From: Lingula anatina
Lineage: Eukaryota > Animalia > Brachiopoda
Reading direction: 5' to 3'
DNA length: 64,000 bases
NCBI GenBank assembly: GCA_051362555.1
Contig: CM120642.1
Location: 9,982,001 to 10,046,000, forward strand
The notes below the pieces were generated by a model. That model did no database searches. It was not told where the DNA came from and saw only the letters and a program-made list of their open reading frames with translations. Position 1 is the stretch's first letter. Each line of letters opens with the position of its first letter. Below, piece after piece: positions 61,791-64,000 of this stretch. Made by a program: the position numbers and the translations under genes.

Positions 61791-63895
61791 ATGATGGCTA
61801 TATGTACATAAAAACAATATTCTGTACACAGAAATAAATAGTTTAATGGAATATATTACTAATAAACGTGAGAAACAGGAATAATCATTTAACCTAAAAC
61901 AGAATCGATTTACTATAAGAAACCTGATGGAAGATTTCTTGCCGTGAGCATTAATTCTGACACCCCTGGTTTCCTTCAATACAATTATGCCTGTAATAAG
62001 AGCAACATATCTTGATTCTAAATTAATTTTTAATCCCTCCTCGCATACTAGCTAGGTCCTACATGCAGTTGTTCCATGCATCGGTCTGGAAAGGGCAAAA
62101 GGATAAAAACGCGCAGAGCGAAACGATAGGAGTACAAAACCACAGACTACAATTTTACTACAATACTAAGACTAAGATGGAAAATTGCCTGCTTTCGTCC
62201 TTTTTTGATGGTTATTCTGTTTTAAGGAGCTCGAGGCAGAAGAGAATGCCTAATTTGGAAGCTACAGGAGGGGCACTTGCAGATATAGGCCTACTGTCTG
62301 TTGGCTTATCTAAAGAGTTGAATTTACATCGAATTTAGTTTACTTTCTCGAAAGTTGGACAACAGATCCGCCATTGTCGACTGGTCTATTAACGCTGCAA
62401 TGGTTCATTATCATAGCTGATTTACAGTCTGTTATAATTTCTTATCTGGAGGGTTGAAGTTACAGTTTAGTTTCTTGACCTATGGACTACAAGCTTCTGT
62501 GGCAATACGGATTAATCAAATGAAATTTATATAATTTATATAATATAATTTATATTATAAACAATGACACACAGAGGAAATTTTACTAAGGTATTGCTTC
62601 ATTCACCTTTCACTTGTGGCCATCTGAAAAGATGGCATATGTAAAGGGATAACAAACTATTTAGATTTTGTTTTGCATGATCAGAGTGGACGGGTCACCA
62701 AATCATTAATTTTATTTTATGGGATATTGATCCTTTGTGTGGTTGTAATCTCAAACTTCTGTTTCTTCTATGAAAAAAAATTAAACCTTGTAAACCGTAG
62801 ATACCAATAACGAAAATCAATGAATAGTATATGAATATTAACAATAAAAAATGATGATAAAAAAACGTTATTTAGACCTATCACCAAATAGCGCGTTCAC
62901 TTTTCTCCCAATTGCATGGTAAACAAGTAACCATTGCAGACTCCGAGTGCATATTATAGGCAGCCTACTATTGATCTGCTAAGATTAGCATTTGAATTAA
63001 TACTTTGACCCGCTCTTACCTTTGTCTCGAAACAGCCAATAACTGGTTGACAAATCGCACAGCTAGCAAGTGGGGTGATTCAAACAAATTCCTTTGGCCC
63101 TTACCTTTACAATGTAAATGTGTCGTTTTGGGGGCTTGCATATTCCAGAAACCAAAAAAAGTTACTGAAACCCCAGTTTTAATTAGACGAGGAATTGATC
63201 TTTTAATATCCACAAAATCTTCAAAAAATCATCTCGATAATTGTAAATTGTAATGAAGAAAGTTTATTTGTTTTTAAAGTGCTACAGAAGTTCAATGCCA
63301 AAGGTGTCCAAAATGCTTCTATGAGTCATCGTTACGAGATTGACTATGGAAAATAGTCCCGAAAAGATTTTCTTTATCATGCAGTCCCAACCTTACAGCT
63401 TGAAGCAATATCACTTTTGGTGAAATCTCTCCCTAGCAATTTCACCGATCGGTAAACTTTTGCAGGCAAATATTTTCGCTTTCAATTATTGTGTAGCTAT
63501 GCTATTTCTTTTTGTGCACGAGCGAAAATCTACACACCAGCTAGCTAGGGCAGCTACGTTAGGTTATCTTGAATACCTGGCTGGATAACAATTAAACATA
63601 CCGGTATCTGTGAAAACATTTCCCGGAGGCACTATCCCATCAGCTGATTAACGCTACCGGCATCATAACAGTAGCGGCATAGCTGTAAGCTACAAGTATT
63701 TACATTAGCAACTGAGAAATTACTGCTCAAATTTATTAAAATTTTAGCATACCTTAGCGAGAAAGTACTGATATGGTTGCCAATACCGATGATGTTTTAA
63801 AACTTACCTTTTTTGCAGAAAAAGTCAGGATCGCTGCAAGTGATGCAATGTCTGGCCCAACAGGTGTTATGAACAGGGTTGAGGAATTTTGTGTT

Positions 63896-64000
63896 GGGGA
63901 ATTCCCTGCCTCTTTTTCGCATATGTAATGACGTCATTCAGGTGTTTTCATTTACCGTGCGACATACAGTAATGGCTCAATCATATCAACAGGGGAAATT
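63896..64000. promoter_or_regulatory. kB + CRE + partial kB cluster; candidate promoter of TNFR paralog 4
   Basis: GGGGAATTCCC at 63896-63906, TGACGTCA at 63929-63936, GGGGAAATT at 63992-64000 (cut by window edge). A minus-strand donor AAG|GTAAGT is at ~63807, and the signal exon at 59931 is preceded by an acceptor, so an upstream UTR exon is likely. Confidence 0.5.

Noticed and set aside
62063-63253. ORFs 62063-62338 and 63005-63253 in relatively CpG-rich sequence
   Set aside because: No recognisable domain or splice chain; more likely promoter-proximal or TE-derived sequence.

Overview
AT-rich, intron-containing animal DNA. The repeat types and gene content suggest a lophotrochozoan or mollusc, but this is inference only. 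Manual splicing gives the following. (1) The 3' half of a RECQL5 helicase gene (+, 3311-8520: Zn-binding, IRI/KIX and SRI regions). (2) A >400-codon uninterrupted TPR ORF (TTC22/IFIT-like) on the minus strand at 2-1204, apparently nested in a RECQL5 intron and absent from the ORF track. (3) A tandem cluster of four minus-strand TNF-receptor genes of the EDAR/EDA2R/TROY type. Three end in a death domain (617, 628 and 639 aa) and one appears to lack it (542 aa). All four share an extra Cys pair in CRD1, and the death-domain paralogs share a cytoplasmic CxxC Cys/His knuckle. (4) Between receptors 3 and 4, on the opposite strand, two near-identical genes for a 73-aa secreted precursor of a 50-aa six-Cys peptide (C-C-CC-C-C, ending in Gly) that I cannot assign to a known family. 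NF-kB and CRE-like motifs, three MITE families, a pearl/HINE-like element and many local duplications fill the rest. Overall the window looks like an innate-immune island with candidate novel effector peptides. All models were read by eye; no database searches were run.
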